This document shows positions 48,495-61,493 of a DNA stretch of 64,000 nucleotides, in pieces. Each line of letters begins with the position of its first letter. Within the stretch, counting starts at the first letter, position 1. Where the stretch lies: NCBI GenBank assembly GCA_965112155.1, contig OZ218113.1; one strand, 5' to 3'. The notes beneath the pieces are model-generated. The model was not told where the DNA came from. It saw only the letters and a list, made by a program, of their open reading frames with translations, and searched no databases. The DNA comes from Podarcis liolepis. Taxonomy: Eukaryota. The position numbers were made by a program, and so were the translations under genes.

Positions 48495-49371
48495 GACCCT
48501 CCTATGCAGGGATGTTTGGACTTTTCAAGTCTGGTAATGGGCCGTGAGATGTTTGGGATTGTGGGGGCTCTCAATTTTGGAGGGATTTTGAAACATGTCT
48601 TTAAATACCACATGGAATTTAGTGTCGATTATAGAAAAGGGGCTGATCTGTCGAGAAGGGTCAAAAATATTGCTAAGCTGGAGTTCCCACAAGTGAAACG
48701 AGCAGGAGACAAGGGAAAATAGTTACAAATATGAAGAAGAGCTGCGGAAGGGACGTGGAAGAGACTTACGGGCCTCGGATATTAGGATACCAGGTTAATG
48801 CGCCAGATTGATGGGATAATGAGGACTGACAAAACCCGGGACCAGGAGGAAGGGATGCTGGATGAAGATTGGATTTGTTTTTATTTCCTTTTTTCACTAC
48901 TAGGACTGTTTTACAAAATTGATGAATGTTAGAAAAATGTTGGAATGAAATTACTTGGCTTTAGTAAAAATGTTTAAAGAATTATGCAAGAATATTATGG
49001 TTATGAGAAGTTGGTAAAAATAAGATTTAAGTTTTAAGTTTCAATGTTTTTTATAGTAAGATAAGATTAAAATAGTTTAAGGTAATGTAATGACAGAATA
49101 TTATGATATATGGAAAGGATTTGCTGTGACAATTAACAACCAGGATACAAGGAAGGGGAGGAGGAGGAGGTCAAGGAAAGACGGTAATGATAGTTGAGGA
49201 GTTGAGAATAATGGATTTGTTTTTAAATGTTTGTGGTGTATTTTTTCTTTCTTTCTTATTTTGAATTTGTATATGTATGGTTGGAAGTGGCTTGTTTTTT
49301 TCTTTTTCTACTTTGTTTTTCTTTTGTAACTTTAAATTCCCCCCCCCCAATAAATATCATTTTAAAAAAAA
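48495..49371 (+). mobile_element. L1-type retro-insertion with poly(A) signal, A tail and long TSD
   Basis: AATAAA at 49349 and an A tail. 18-bp TSD AGAAACAGCACATTAGAA (48477-48494) / AGAAACAGCATGTTAGAA (49372-49389). Confidence 0.75.
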
Positions 49372-50364
49372 AGAAACAGCATGTTAGAAATTCCTATACT
49401 GAGAAATGAGACAACATACATCTGGGTTTTCAGTAGCGCTAGTTTGGATCACTACTGTTTATGATCCCAACTACCCACCACATAGCTGAATAGGTACCTA
49501 AGTGACCCCCTGTGGAAGTTTGAGTAACTACAGAATGGTTGGTGCTTTGTCAAAGTTATGTTACCTTCTGTTGCTGAAGAAATAAAAAATATATTGACGC
49601 ATTGGTATTTTAATGGTGTGAACAAAAAGTGGCTAACACACATGGAGAATGTAAATGTGCACAATTATTTTTACACTCTGTTGGGTGGTGCAGCTTCATA
49701 AGAAGTGTGATTCCTATTACCCCCCTTCCCACCTCCCTATTATTTCAAGAGTACAAGTCTGGACAGCTTCCAAAGGTAGCTGCCAACCAATGTTTCTGAA
49801 ATCTGCAATTTGTGTTTTCAGAACTAGGGTCTATTTTTCCTGTAGCCATTACATAATATTTCAGTGTTAACAACTTCCCTTATTTATATTATTATCTCGA
49901 ACAGTTAGAGATTCAGAATATTTGGATTTGTGAGGAAGTCTTCCAAAGGGGTAAAGTTAATTTTACAGAGAAACACATATGGGGATACTAAGTCCTTTGT
50001 ATATCACCTCCCCAACTATGAACCTGTTTTCAAAGCAGAGCAAGCCTGGTGAGTGGTTCTCACAAATAAGCACAAAGAAAGGCTCATCCTGTTTTAATCC
50101 CAGATCCACTCTCTTGCAACACTAAACAAAGAATTTACTTGAGTTCATACATTTATAGTCCACCTTTCTATGGAGCTCATGGGGTTTTCAAGTGGTCTCT
50201 CATGCAGATCAGGTCAAGCAAGGTGGAGTCACCAGTTACCTTAGTTTAGATAAACATGTAACAGTCACAGATAGACCTCAATGAAATTTATCTTAATCCT
50301 TATTGAAAGCTAACTGTGCTAGTTTTCATCATTACATACTGTGGTCAAACAGTTCCACAAATTA

Positions 50365-51017
50365 AAATGATTTATAGATGGTACTTTACACCAAGTAAAC
50401 TAGCAAAGATGTATAGTCAGAATCAGGTACGTGTTGGAAATGCAGTGGACTTGTAGAATAGCTAAGGGATTTGGGGAGATGATAATGTAATGAGATAAAA
50501 AAATATATTTAAGAGGACCCCCCCCCAAAAAACCCCAGCTTTTCTCCTAGGGATAACTGGACCAGATGTACCAAAGACCCAAAGGAATTTATTTCTGTAT
50601 GCAACTACTGCAGTGAGAGTGCTATATGCCCCCAAATGGTGGGAGGATGCAGTACCTATAAAAGAGGGGTGGCAGTTGAAATTTATTCAATATGCTGAAT
50701 TAGTAAACTTAACTAGTAAAATTAAGATGAGACAAGATGAGATAGCCTTCAAGGAGGATTGGGTAATGTTTGTAGGTTATTAAAAATATTAATGTAAAGA
50801 TGTTAAAACTCTAGTAGGTTTGGTGTAAGCTCAACAGTTACTGTTATTCTGAGAATAAATTGGAGGGGGGAAAGGTATAGCTTAATTATAATATGCAGCA
50901 GCAATAGATAAATTTTGAGGAAACCATGGGAGGGAAGTCGATTACTAAGGAAACGTATATTGGAAAATGTTTGACTACAGTAATTGTATTTTATTTTTGG
51001 AAAATTAAAAAAAAAAA
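50365..51017 (+). mobile_element. L1-clade LINE 3' end just upstream of the RHOF promoter
   Basis: Encodes YRWYFTPSKLAKMY...CWKC and FLYATTAVRVLYA..W, then a poly(A) tail. Approximate TSD TCCACAAATTA/TCCACAAGTTA. Confidence 0.78.
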
Positions 51018-51119
51018 TCCACAAGTTAGTTACTCTGAGCATGTTAAAAGTGCTGCCGCTAGCTAAAAACAAATTCCACACATTTAATGGGCTTCCAGGT
51101 ATGTGGGCATACATTTTAA

Positions 51120-52050
51120 AGTGAAATGCCGCTTACCGCTCACCTCCATCTCTCCAAAGTCGCGTTTACACTGTAAGCTCCTCGGGAGCGGAGACTTTTG
51201 CCTTGCTGGCATTTTTTCCTGGGCGCATTTGGGGCCGCAATGTCACACCGCCAACAATAAAACTTTTTCCGTGTGTGTGTGTGTGTGTTTGGGGTTGCTG
51301 CTAATGTGTTTTTTTAGCGGTTGAGGCAAGAGCTGCGCTGAGGGAGAGGCCGCCCCGCCGAGGGCGCCTGACCGCATCCTTCGCCTCTTCCTCTGCCTTC
51401 TGAGCCGGCAGGAAGGACGGCGGAGCCGGCTTCTGTCATTGCCGGGCTGAGGGAGGGAGCGAGGGACGGACGGAGGGGCTCCGCCGGGCTGCCTTTCCCT
51501 CAGAGAGGCGCCCCTTCCCTCCCGCGCTTCCAAGGGGTGCGGCGGGAGAAGCCGCCCCATGGCCGAAGGTAACGGCTCCGCGCCAGGCGGGGACTCGGGG
51601 GAAGGCGAGCGCCCGCCTGCGGAGGGTGGGAGGAAGAAGAAGAAGAAAGAGCTGAAAGTGGTGGTGGTGGGCGACGGGGGCTGCGGGAAAACATCGCTGC
51701 TCCTGGTCTTCGCTGAAGGCGCCTTCCCTGAGGTGAGTAGGGGGCCTCCCTCAGCCAATCGCAGCCCGCTCGCCCTTCCCGCCTTTTCTCCCTCTCGCGT
51801 TCCAGAACTTTCCGCCAGAACCCCCCTCCGCCCCGCGAGAGAACCTTTTGGACCAGGCAGGTCTCGCCCACGGGGCCAATAGCAGGAAAAGTGAGAGGTG
51901 GAACCTTCCATTAGGGTCTGGCGAGGGGGGAGGGCTACCTTACCCAGCTGCCCAAAGGCCAGGATGGATGGGCTGCAAGTTCACCGTTGGGCAGGCGGGC
52001 GGGCGGGCAAGGGAGAGAGGGCATGTATTAGAAAAAGTTTTTTTAAAAAA
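51120..52050 (+). promoter_or_regulatory. RHOF promoter CpG island
   Basis: GC/CpG-rich block spanning exon 1. GC box GCCCCGCC at about 51352 and a CCAAT at about 51755. Confidence 0.8.
51559..51732 (+). CDS. RHOF: RHOF exon 1 (MAEG...ELKVVVVGDGGCGKTSLLLVFAEGAFPE), P-loop
   Basis: ATG inside a CpG island. GDGGCGKTS is the G1 box of the RhoD/RhoF subfamily. GAG|GTGAGT donor, 174 nt. Confidence 0.95.
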
Positions 52051-52553
52051 CCAAACCCAGCTTTTGTCATTTAGCAAAGTGAAAAAGCTGTCCCGAGAAG
52101 TGGGTGACGAAGAGCAGAATGTATGACAAAATGTTCTAAGAAAAGGGAAGCATTAAATTCCACACACATCTCTTCTCCCCCCCCCACACACACTTCGCCA
52201 AACAAAAATTTTGAGTTTAATAAAAAAGTAAACACATATATCCAATATTTATATTGCAATTAATTTATTTCACCCTGAAAGAGGGTTACCACAAAAAAGC
52301 ACCACAAAAAACCCACGCCACCAAAAGAGGGGATAGGGGGGAGAGAATAAAAGAGATTAGGAGACTGAGCAAAAATGGAGAATATCCACAATTCACCAGC
52401 CCAAACACCTGTTGAAAAAGAGAAAGTGGGTCCCTTTCCCCCCAAAAGGTGTGTAGCACTAAGATGTACCCCTCAACCTAAAATCTCACATCCTAGACAC
52501 CTGCCCAAAGTCAGTCTTCTATGGAAATCATTCTTCAGGGTTAGCAACAAATA

Positions 52554-52776
52554 CAGTGGTACCTCGGGTTACAGACGCTTCAGGTTACAGACTCCGCTAA
52601 CCCAGAAATAGTACCTCAGGTTAAGAACTTTGCTTCAGGATGAGAACAGAAATTGTGCGACTGCGGCGCAGCGGCAGCGGGAGGCCCCATTAACTAAAGT
52701 GGTGCTTCAGGTTAAGAACAGTTTCAGGTTAAGTATGGACCTCCGGAACGAATTAAGTTCTTAACCCGAGGTACTG
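52554..52776. mobile_element. Tigger-like MITE of a related family, in RHOF intron 1
   Basis: TA|CAGTGGTACCTCGGGTTA ... TAACCCGAGGTACTG|TA; the right TIR has a 3-bp deletion. Confidence 0.8.
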
Positions 52777-54960
52777 TAGCTACAGTACCGCTGTAAACTC
52801 CCTCTTCACTAGACCCTCCATCCCAACACAATTCAGGTAGATTGGAACAAGCATAGAAGTAGATCCCTCATGCCCACAGGATTAGAGTTCTTTATGTCCT
52901 TTCCAGTGCCAGCCCACCATACTTGTCAGCTTGGCTTGCTTATGGCATCTGGTTAGACCCTGATGCCATTACAGATTGTGGCACGACACAGAGCTCCATA
53001 GCCTGCAAAGTGTTTTCTAGTCATCTCTTAAGTATTTCAGAGGTGTTTAGGACATCCTGATATATTCTAACGTAAGCAAGACTTCTTGAAGGCCTGGATC
53101 TCCATGGATCTGGTGAAGCCTGTTTTTTATTTTTATTTTATTGTTTATTAAATTTGTATACAACCCATCATCCATAGATGGCAGGTCACGGCATATTTTC
53201 AGCTGTTGGCAGAGAAGTCTGCACAGCAGGAATGCGAGTGAGTACATCTTTACTCCTTTTCACTCACAAGCGTCAGTGGCCGTTGTGGAGCTTCATGGGA
53301 AGGTCTCTTCTATTAAGGGAAAATTAAGTTGCACAATTCAACAGACATCCATTGTGAACCATGTACTGTAGTTGTCATTGCACTCCACCTTGTTCATGGC
53401 TACAGATACATCAGCACCAACCGTTGTGGGTTTGTCAGCCTCATTATACTCTTGAGATTGGGCCTCTGGAAATAATGACCTTTCTTTTTCCGGTCCCCCA
53501 AATAAGGACGTGGTGGATTCTTTTTATACTTTTTTAGCTTGAGTCTGAAAGATGGCGGCCAGTGTTTTGTCATGGTCTACTGCATAAAGTGCCATGGATG
53601 TCATCCATTTACGATGACTACACTTTTTGCATCTCTGAGACGTGTCACCTTTCTTCGAACAATCTCAATAGCACTTACAGTTGCAAATGGCAAATACCGA
53701 AAAGAATCTCCCATGTAAAATGCTGTTTTTAAAAAACACTTCCTGCACTGAGTTTCTTTAGCTGGGCAATTCCTTCTAATATTACAAATATTTCCTCATC
53801 CTGTGTATTCACTCTGAAAGAGTGGGCCTTTTACATGTGCAGCAACTGCTTCTAATGTTTCCTGGAGTAGATGTTACTTCCACCAGGTCACTTCCCCAAG
53901 TTGTATTTTCTCCCTGTCCTGGGTTTTGATCAACTGGTTGCCTTCCCATCTTTATGGCTTTGTGGCTGCGTTACCTACCCTCATCTTACACTCTGCTTCA
54001 ATCTCTGAGGTGCTCTTAATCTTTTTTTTGTAAACATATTTTTTATCTCATTTTATAACGTATATAAAACAGAATGTTCATAACATTCATTTTAAAAAAC
54101 TAAAAGCCCCAAATGTAACCTTTCCATCACCTATATTTGTTGGCTTGGCTTTTGAAGGCTTGTTTCAGATTGGAAAATCCCTTAAACAGAGCAGTTAAAT
54201 AGCTTGTGTTAGGGCAGTTAGTCTAGTATATCAGCCTTTGCCAACCTGTTGTTCTGCAGCTGCTTTGGACTACAAGTGCTATCCGCCCCATGAAAGACAA
54301 CTAGAGAGTACCAGGCTGGCAAAGGCTATTGCATAGGATGGCAGCCAGAACTGCAGCTTTCAGTATAAGTTGGGGGTTTTCCGCTAGAGTTGGTCACAAG
54401 AAGCTCTTCAACTCATATCTAAACCACATAGTGGCAGGATGTGCAGATGACGTCCTTCCTGTCATAGCTTTAGCTGTTAGCACATTTGAAGGTTAGAGTT
54501 GCGTACAGGCGTTACAGTAATTTTCAGATGTCACAAAACCCTTCCCAGCATTGCTTCCCCACCCTAAGGACATACTGTGCCAGTTTGCAAGCTACATAAA
54601 TAATGGGTTTTGCAATAAATGTCACTATTGCACAATTTGGTGGGTTGAAGGAGGTCGTGATAGTAATAGAATAGTAATTTCAAGTTCAAAATTCACTCCA
54701 TCAGCAAATACCCAGAAGGTCTTGCTATGTGTCTTTCACAAAATGCAATGAAGGCTGCAACCCAATAGAAAAACTTCTCAGGCCTATTGAACCCAATGAA
54801 ATTTAGTCACAAGTAAATCCGCTTAGCAACCTTTTCCAACCCAATCCCCTCCAGATATTTTGGCAAATGTCAGTGTGTTAAAAAGACCCGATGGGAACAA
54901 TAGGTGATAAAGATCCTGGAGGCCATAAAGTGTGTGAAGGAGGTTATGCTGAATTCCCAG

Positions 54961-55262
54961 CTTATTTATTTATTTATTTATTATATGTATACCCCACCTT
55001 TCCTTCCAAAGGAGCCCAGGGCAGCAAACAATAAGCGATAGGACAAAAACATTAAAAACAATTCCAGTGCAGAGGCAGACTGAGAAAGATCTCAACTTAA
55101 ACGTCTTATTGAAACAGGAAGTTCTTCAGTTGGTGCTGAAACAACTGAGACTGTGTGTGTCTGGTGTTCAAGGGGAGGGAATTCCAAAGGGCAGGTGCCA
55201 CAACACTAAAGGCTCAATTCCTGCATTGTGTGGAACTGACCTCTTGATAAGGCGGTATCTGC
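54961..55262 (-). mobile_element. Degraded L2-type LINE 3' end
   Basis: (TTTA)n at the left end, then sequence that is the reverse complement of the L2 3' region seen elsewhere in the window. Confidence 0.55.
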
Positions 55263-55644
55263 AGAACAGTGATCAATAAGGTATATAAAGGCTGAGATTA
55301 AAGAGGCAGAACCAGTGTACCATGCTATGGCCTGCAGCCAAGGCTTATGCCAAATAAAGGAAGAGGAACGCCATGCGGGATGCAAACTCGCTTCGCCCCT
55401 GTGCATGTGTGGCTCTATTTTAGTCCAGAGGAAGCAGCCACCTTCGCCTCCCCTTTGAGGGTGTGCTCCTCTGCCCAGCTTCTTGTTCTCCCTGCAGGCC
55501 AACCGGAGAAAGCTACTGTTTATCTGGGCAGAAATCTGCTCCATTTCAGTGCCATGGACATGTGATTCCTAAACCTAAACACCCAAGTTATATCCTCAAG
55601 AGTGATGCTGAGGATCTGTTGAGAAAAAACAGACACATGCAAGC

Positions 55645-56070
55645 ACATTGGCTCCCAGTACGTTTCCGAGCACGATTCAAAGTGTTGGTGCTGACCTTTA
55701 AAGCCCTAAACGGCCTCGGTCCAGTATACCTGAAGGAGCGTCTCCACCCCCATCGTTCTGCCCGGACGCTGAGGTCCAGCGCCGAGGTCCTTCTGGCGGT
55801 TCCCTCATTGCAAGAAGCAAAACTACAGGGAACCAGGCAGAGGGCCTTCTCGGTAGTGGCGCCCGCCCTGTGGAACGCCCTCCCATCAGATGTCAAAGCG
55901 ATAAATAACTATCTGAAATTCAGAAGACATCTTAAGGCAAACTTCAGGGAAGTTTTTAATGTATGATATTTTAGTGTATTTTTGGTTTCTATGGAAGCCG
56001 CCCAGGGTGGCTGGGGAAACCCAGCCAGATGGGCGGGGTACAAATAATAAATTATTATTATTATTATTTT
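55645..56070 (+). mobile_element. L2-clade LINE 3' fragment, same family as 427-990
   Basis: Near-identical to 526-945. Encodes HWLPVRFRARFKVLVLTFKALNGLGP and ends in an (ATT)n tail. Confidence 0.88.
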
Positions 56071-56269
56071 CAGAAACTCAGTTACTATGGTTTAAAAATC
56101 TGGATGAGATTTTCCCCCCTCACAGGTCCATATAAGTTTAGCACAAACAGTTGGGCCTGGTGAGTATTTAAGGTCCCCAACCCTAATCTGTGGGTTGCCA
56201 TCTGACTGGATTTTATTCTGATCCTGATCTGATTTTAAGATGTACAGTATTTTAATTGATTGCCTGATT

Positions 56270-56338
56270 TTATACATTTGATGTTAACTGCTCTGAGCCC
56301 GGTTTCGGCCAGGGAGGGCGGGGTATAAATAAAAATTA

Positions 56339-56397
<59 letters not shown>
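56270..56397 (+). repeat. LINE 3' tail remnant with a long (ATT)n microsatellite
   Basis: GGGCGGGGTATAAATAAAA followed by about 19 ATT units. Confidence 0.75.
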
Positions 56398-56400
<3 letters not shown>

Positions 56401-56523
56401 TTTGCAAAAAAAGAAGGAAAATATGGACTTTAAAATACATTGCTCATTAAGCTAAGCAGGGAAAGGTTTGTGTGGAACATCACAATATTTACCAACAGCA
56501 CTGTGCTTCCCTTTCATTGACAG

Positions 56524-56611
56524 CAATACGCTCCTTCAGTATTTGAGAAATACACCACCAGCATCACTCTGGGCAAAAAAGAAGTGCTCCTACACTTATA
56601 CGACACTGCAG
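56524..56611 (+). CDS. RHOF: RHOF exon 2 (QYAPSVFEKYTTSITLGKKEVLLHLYDTAG), switch I
   Basis: 88 nt, CAG/GTAATC boundaries. YAPSVFEKY is the RhoF effector loop. Confidence 0.97.
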
Positions 56612-58802
56612 GTAATCTCACACCCCCCCCCCCCAAGCATGTATCAGCACAACATCAATTATTTCCTGCTGTGGCTGAAAAGAGATCAAGAGAGGGCTGG
56701 TGGGAGATGATGAATGGCTGGGGAAACCAACAGGGTTCTCACAGTCACGGCGGCACCATTGAGGATTTCCTTGGTGCAAAGCCTCTGGTGCAAAGCCCAC
56801 GTTCCAGTGGTCATCCTATGTCAAAATCATGAAGCTCCACACCTTAATGTTTGTGTGGTGCTGGCATGCACCGGATCTGCAATTTTTACTGTGCAGTGTA
56901 CAAACTTGAATTTTATGGGTTCTGGCAAGACCCTGTGTAATATAATGCAAGTCCATGAGCTCTGTTTTAATTTTTCTGGATCCAGCTTTTACCCAGACCC
57001 CACAGAAAGCGAGAATGAACGAGTGGTGCATATGTGTGCTAATAATCTAGGACTGTCACAAACAACTCTGTGCGCCAAGATCTCTGGCCTATGTGTCAAG
57101 CTTTATCTCTCCTCACCATCATCTTTGCACCTCTTGCTGCTGTGAGGCCAATGACCTAAAGTGGTGGAGTGGGAGTTGCTGCTGCACACAGAGTCGGCTT
57201 CTACTCAACTTATACCCTGATCTACTGGGCCGATTACCTGGGTGGGGCTGCTTGGTGCAGCCTGGGAGGCCCATGCATAGCCTCTAAAGACAAGCAGACA
57301 GCCATACAGACCCCATCAAGGTAAAACCCCATGAGCTCTCAGCCTCTCACTGCTAACATTGGCATTTTGTACAGCTCTGTTCTGAGTGTTCAAAGAGTTT
57401 TGCTTTTTCTCAGAAAACCTTTCAACAGCCCTGCCAAGTATTTTCATACTTGCAAATGAGAGAACTGAGGCAGAGAAGCAGTGGCTTCCCAAAGGCCACC
57501 TAATGAGCTCCACAAAAGGAACTACTGCTGCAGACTGCATGCATAGAAAGGCGGACAGAAGCATTTTTAGTAACACCTAACAAATGACACCCTTAGGGCA
57601 GCTTTCGCAGTGTTTGCCAATAGCTGAAAGGAGGATGTCCTGACCAATCTCCTTTCTCCTGAAATGTGAGCCTTCTCCCACTTGGGGTCCACTGGCTGTG
57701 GCAGATTGGGCTTGTAGACCAAAACACCTGGAGCACACCAGGTTGGGAAAGGCTGTGCTATGCTATTTACCTCCTACTATAACAGAGTTGTGCAATTTTC
57801 AGATTACACGTTTATAATCGTCTGACCTTTGCTTTCCTGCTGACTAAGCTAATACAGCATGGCATGGCAGACATAACTTGGGGCTTAATCAAGGTGGAAA
57901 TAAAAGCTCTGTGCTATGTGCATATCTGAAAATCAAGGAAGGCAAAGTATTAGTCACAGGAGTGGGGGGGAGCAAGCAAGAAAGTGCTTTGCTTTGCTTG
58001 ATTTATGTTGCTGGAATTCCCCATACCCACCTCAATTATTATGCAAAAGTCTGGAATGGGGAGGACAAGAAAAGAGGAGAGGCACGAGGGACCTATTTAT
58101 GCTTTCTGTAGAATTGCCTTGTCTCTTGGTTGACTGCAGGGCAATTTGTGGGTCTTGTGGAGACAGCTACTCACCTGCTCACCTTCGGAGGGTGAGAACT
58201 ACCTTCAGGCAACCAGGCAAAGGGAACTTCAGAAAAGCTGGTTCTAAGCAGAGGATGTGGAACATTTGGCCTTTCAGGGGATGCTGTACTCCAGATTCCA
58301 CCATTTCTTATCATTGGGGGTGATGGGACTTGTAGTCTCGTCTCATCTGGAAGCTGAAGCTTCCCCATCCCTCATCTTAAATCCCCAAAGGACTAACACA
58401 AGTGTCCATGGGCACCGATGCAATTTTGCCTGTATTTTGTGCATACTGTTGTTCCGCGGAAAGACTCAGCAGTGGACACACCCCCGGCCTGTGGAATTGC
58501 AACTTTCAGAGCTTCACAGGAACACCAGGTTATTTACATACCTGGTGAATGTTTTCCCCCTCCCCTCCTTTAACTGCTTTGATTATGATTTCAGTGTCTG
58601 GAAATCTTAGGATAGCCTCAACTGATCCAACACAACACACACAGCTTCAATTTCTACAGTAATTTGCCACTGTCGGTGGTTGGCCAACAGAAGTTGTCTT
58701 CTGTGTTTGACATCACAGTGATATCACATGTTAAATCATTTAGGGCCGCTGAGGAATAATTACATGAGGCAGTTACCTCCTAGTTTCCCCTACAATCTAG
58801 GG

Positions 58803-59052
58803 CATGGGTCAGCAACCTTTTCCAGCCGTGGGCCGCTCCACTGTCCCTCAGGCCATGTGGTGGGCCGGACTATATTTTTGGAGGAAAATGAATGAATTCC
58901 TATGCCCCACAAATAACCCAGAGGTGCATTTTAAATAAAAGGACACATTCTACTCATGTAAAAAACATGCTGATTCCCAGACCGTCCGTGGGCCGGATTG
59001 AGAAGGCGATTGGGCCAGATCCGGCCCCTGGGCCTTAGGTTGCCTACGCCTG
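58803..59052 (+). mobile_element. hAT (Charlie-like) MITE
   Basis: Perfect 8-bp TSD ATCTAGGG. A reverse-orientation copy lies at about 39328-39575. Confidence 0.88.
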
Positions 59053-59842
59053 ATCTAGGGACTCTTTGGGCAGCATTTTTAGGTTACCCTAAGGGGGAGC
59101 TTAGTAAAGAATACAATTTATTTGTATTTTGACTCCATTCAAGAAAGAGTTTCCTTTTACTCATTCAATTTTTGTGTAGGCTACATCCACCTTAGTCATT
59201 GTTACCCCTAGGGAACCCAGGGAACTGTAGTTTTCTGAAGATTACATTGTCTTACAGCTCTGTAACACTCCACCCATTCCCTACAAACAATATTCCCAGG
59301 TTATACTTGAGTCAGTTAATCTGGTTTAGGAACACAAGAGAAGCCCTGCCGGGTCAGGCTGATTGCCCATCTAGTCCATCATCCTGTCACCACAGTGACC
59401 AACCTGATGCCTCTGGGAAGCCCGCAAGTGGGGCGCGAGAACAACAGGGCTCTCCAACCACCTTCAGTACTAGAGGTAGTATGCAGCCACTGTGACTAGC
59501 AGATACCGATTGCCTTACCTGCCATGCATTTGTGTAACCTTAAGTTTGTAAAGCCCCAATTGCTCATTTTCAGGTTTATCTATTTTATTTAAAGTTTTTT
59601 ATACAGCTTAACTGCAATAGTCCCTAAATGGTTTGGAAAGGTACAATACAATTCAAAAACAAAAATAATGCCTGCAGGAAGAAAATAAAATAAAAATAGG
59701 TGGTGCCAGTTCAGTAGGCGAAGATCAGTGGCAAAAGCCACAGGGAGGATTAATTATAGATGCCGCTTCCTGCTTTATGGTATTTCTTACTATCCCTTAG
59801 AGAAAGTTAAAAAAAGAGCTATTTACTTCCCCTCTCTTTCAG

Positions 59843-59952
59843 GGCAGGAGGATTATGATCGCCTACGACCACTTTCATACCAGAGTACCAATGTGGTTTT
59901 AATATGCTATGATGTCATGAACCCTACTAGCTTTGATAATGTATTAATTAAG
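59843..59952 (+). CDS. RHOF: RHOF exon 3 ([37 protein letters not shown]), switch II
   Basis: 110 nt, CAG/GTAAGA boundaries, phase 1 to 0. Confidence 0.98.
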
Positions 59953-60004
59953 GTAAGAGACCTTTGTTGTAGATGGTTCTGCAGTTAGTTATTTGGCTAC
60001 TTGC

Positions 60005-60350
60005 TTTTTTTAAAAAAAATATTATTAAAGATTTCTTAGTTTACAAAAGTATGTGCAATGTCTCTTTTTTCCAGTTGTGGTTTCTATAGATCAATTTCAT
60101 TTGTTGAGAGACATTAGTGTTACATTAGGAAGACAAGGGGGAAAGAGGGGGAGGGGACAATGGTGAGTGGGGTGGGGTCGGGTGGCAGTGCTTCTATTAT
60201 TATACTTAGTGTATGTGTGGGGTTTTGCGTCAGCGTCATTTGTGTGGGTTCTTTTACTATTTGCTTGTTATATTTCCTTGGTGGCGAGAGAGGTTGGGAG
60301 TGGCCTAGGGTGGCTGTAGTGAATTTGTTTGTATGTGAGATTGGGGTGGA
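60005..60350 (-). mobile_element. LINE 3' UTR-like remnant in RHOF intron 3
   Basis: T-run and TATTATTAAAG at the left end, then a strongly G/T-skewed body typical of antisense L1 3' UTRs. Confidence 0.45.
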
Positions 60351-61047
60351 TTTAGAGCACCAACTTTATGAGAGAGCGCATTTCACTGTCAAACAGCTCT
60401 TATCATCAGAAGGTCCATGCTGATGTTCAGTCAGAATCTCCTTTCTTGTAACTTGAAGCCATTGGTTTGGGCAGATGGGGCTCCTCAACCTGGGAAGGTA
60501 GCCCATCTAGAAGCAAAACTCTGATCCTCTGCTGCCTTGTGGGACAGCTTCAGGAGAAGAAAAGGCTAAGGAGTAAGCCCTACACAAATCTGGAGTCCCT
60601 AAGGTGGTTGGATGACATCTTGTATGACTCTTTCCTGCAGCCAAGCTGGTGTCAAATATATTGCTCTACTTTCCTTTGGAACACATCAGTGAGGCCAAGA
60701 GGGGGATCTTGACATCTGGGCCGCCCAGGACCTCCAGACACATTGCCCAGGCTTGCAACCTGGAGAGGTCGCTTCAGGGCTGCTAGTGCAGTGGTTTGAC
60801 TTCACCCCCAGACACACACTCCATTGTCTCTTGAGACGGATGAATGCGAACAAAAAATCTGCTGTCTTATTTTACTATTATTTTGATGGCTTTTTTACTA
60901 GGTTGTATATTTGTTCCTTACAAATTCTCCTTGAACATCTGCCTTCTCTCTGTGTCTCATGGCTCAGCATCAGAAATGTTTCCATCTCTATTTACAGTTT
61001 TGTTTGTCACATCTAGCTGTTTAAACACTTTGATCTCTCTCTGCCAG

Positions 61048-61182
61048 TGGTCCCATGAGGTGAACCATTTCTGCCGTGGAATCCCCATAGTACTTGTGGG
61101 CTGCAAAACAGACCTTCGGAAGGACAAAGAACATCTACGGAAACTCCGCTCAGCTCAGCAGGAGCCAATCACTTATACTCAG
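61048..61182 (+). CDS. RHOF: RHOF exon 4 (WSHEVNHFCRGIPIVLVGCKTDLRKDKEHLRKLRSAQQEPITYTQ)
   Basis: 135 nt, CAG/GTAAAT boundaries. Contains the G4 box CKTD and the Rho insert helix. Confidence 0.97.
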
Positions 61183-61223
61183 GTAAATACAGCTCTGTAA
61201 ACTAGATTCCAAACCTGTTGGCT

Positions 61224-61230
61224 ATATATA

Positions 61231-61262
<32 letters not shown>

Positions 61263-61269
61263 TGTGTGT
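61224..61269 (+). repeat. Compound (TA)(TG)(AG) microsatellite in RHOF intron 4
   Basis: Read directly from the sequence. Confidence 0.9.
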
Positions 61270-61493
61270 TATCTCCTTGGTGTTTACAGCAGTAGAAAAT
61301 GTAACATTTGCAGCCGGCAAGCACCAAAGAAAAACAGTTCTACAACTAGGCAAATATGCAACAAGCAGACACACAAGCTCCCTGTTTGTTATTAACATAA
61401 AAACTCAGTTAAAATAATGCATATTTCTTATTCTGGTTGCTTACCTTCAGCCTGACTCCTTCCTGAAATCCTTTTGTTACTATTACCTTTCAG

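Noticed and set aside
51243-51911. 222-aa minus-strand ORF over RHOF exon 1
   Set aside because: Low-complexity Pro/Arg/Gly/Ser product expected from a stop-poor CpG island; no recognisable domain.
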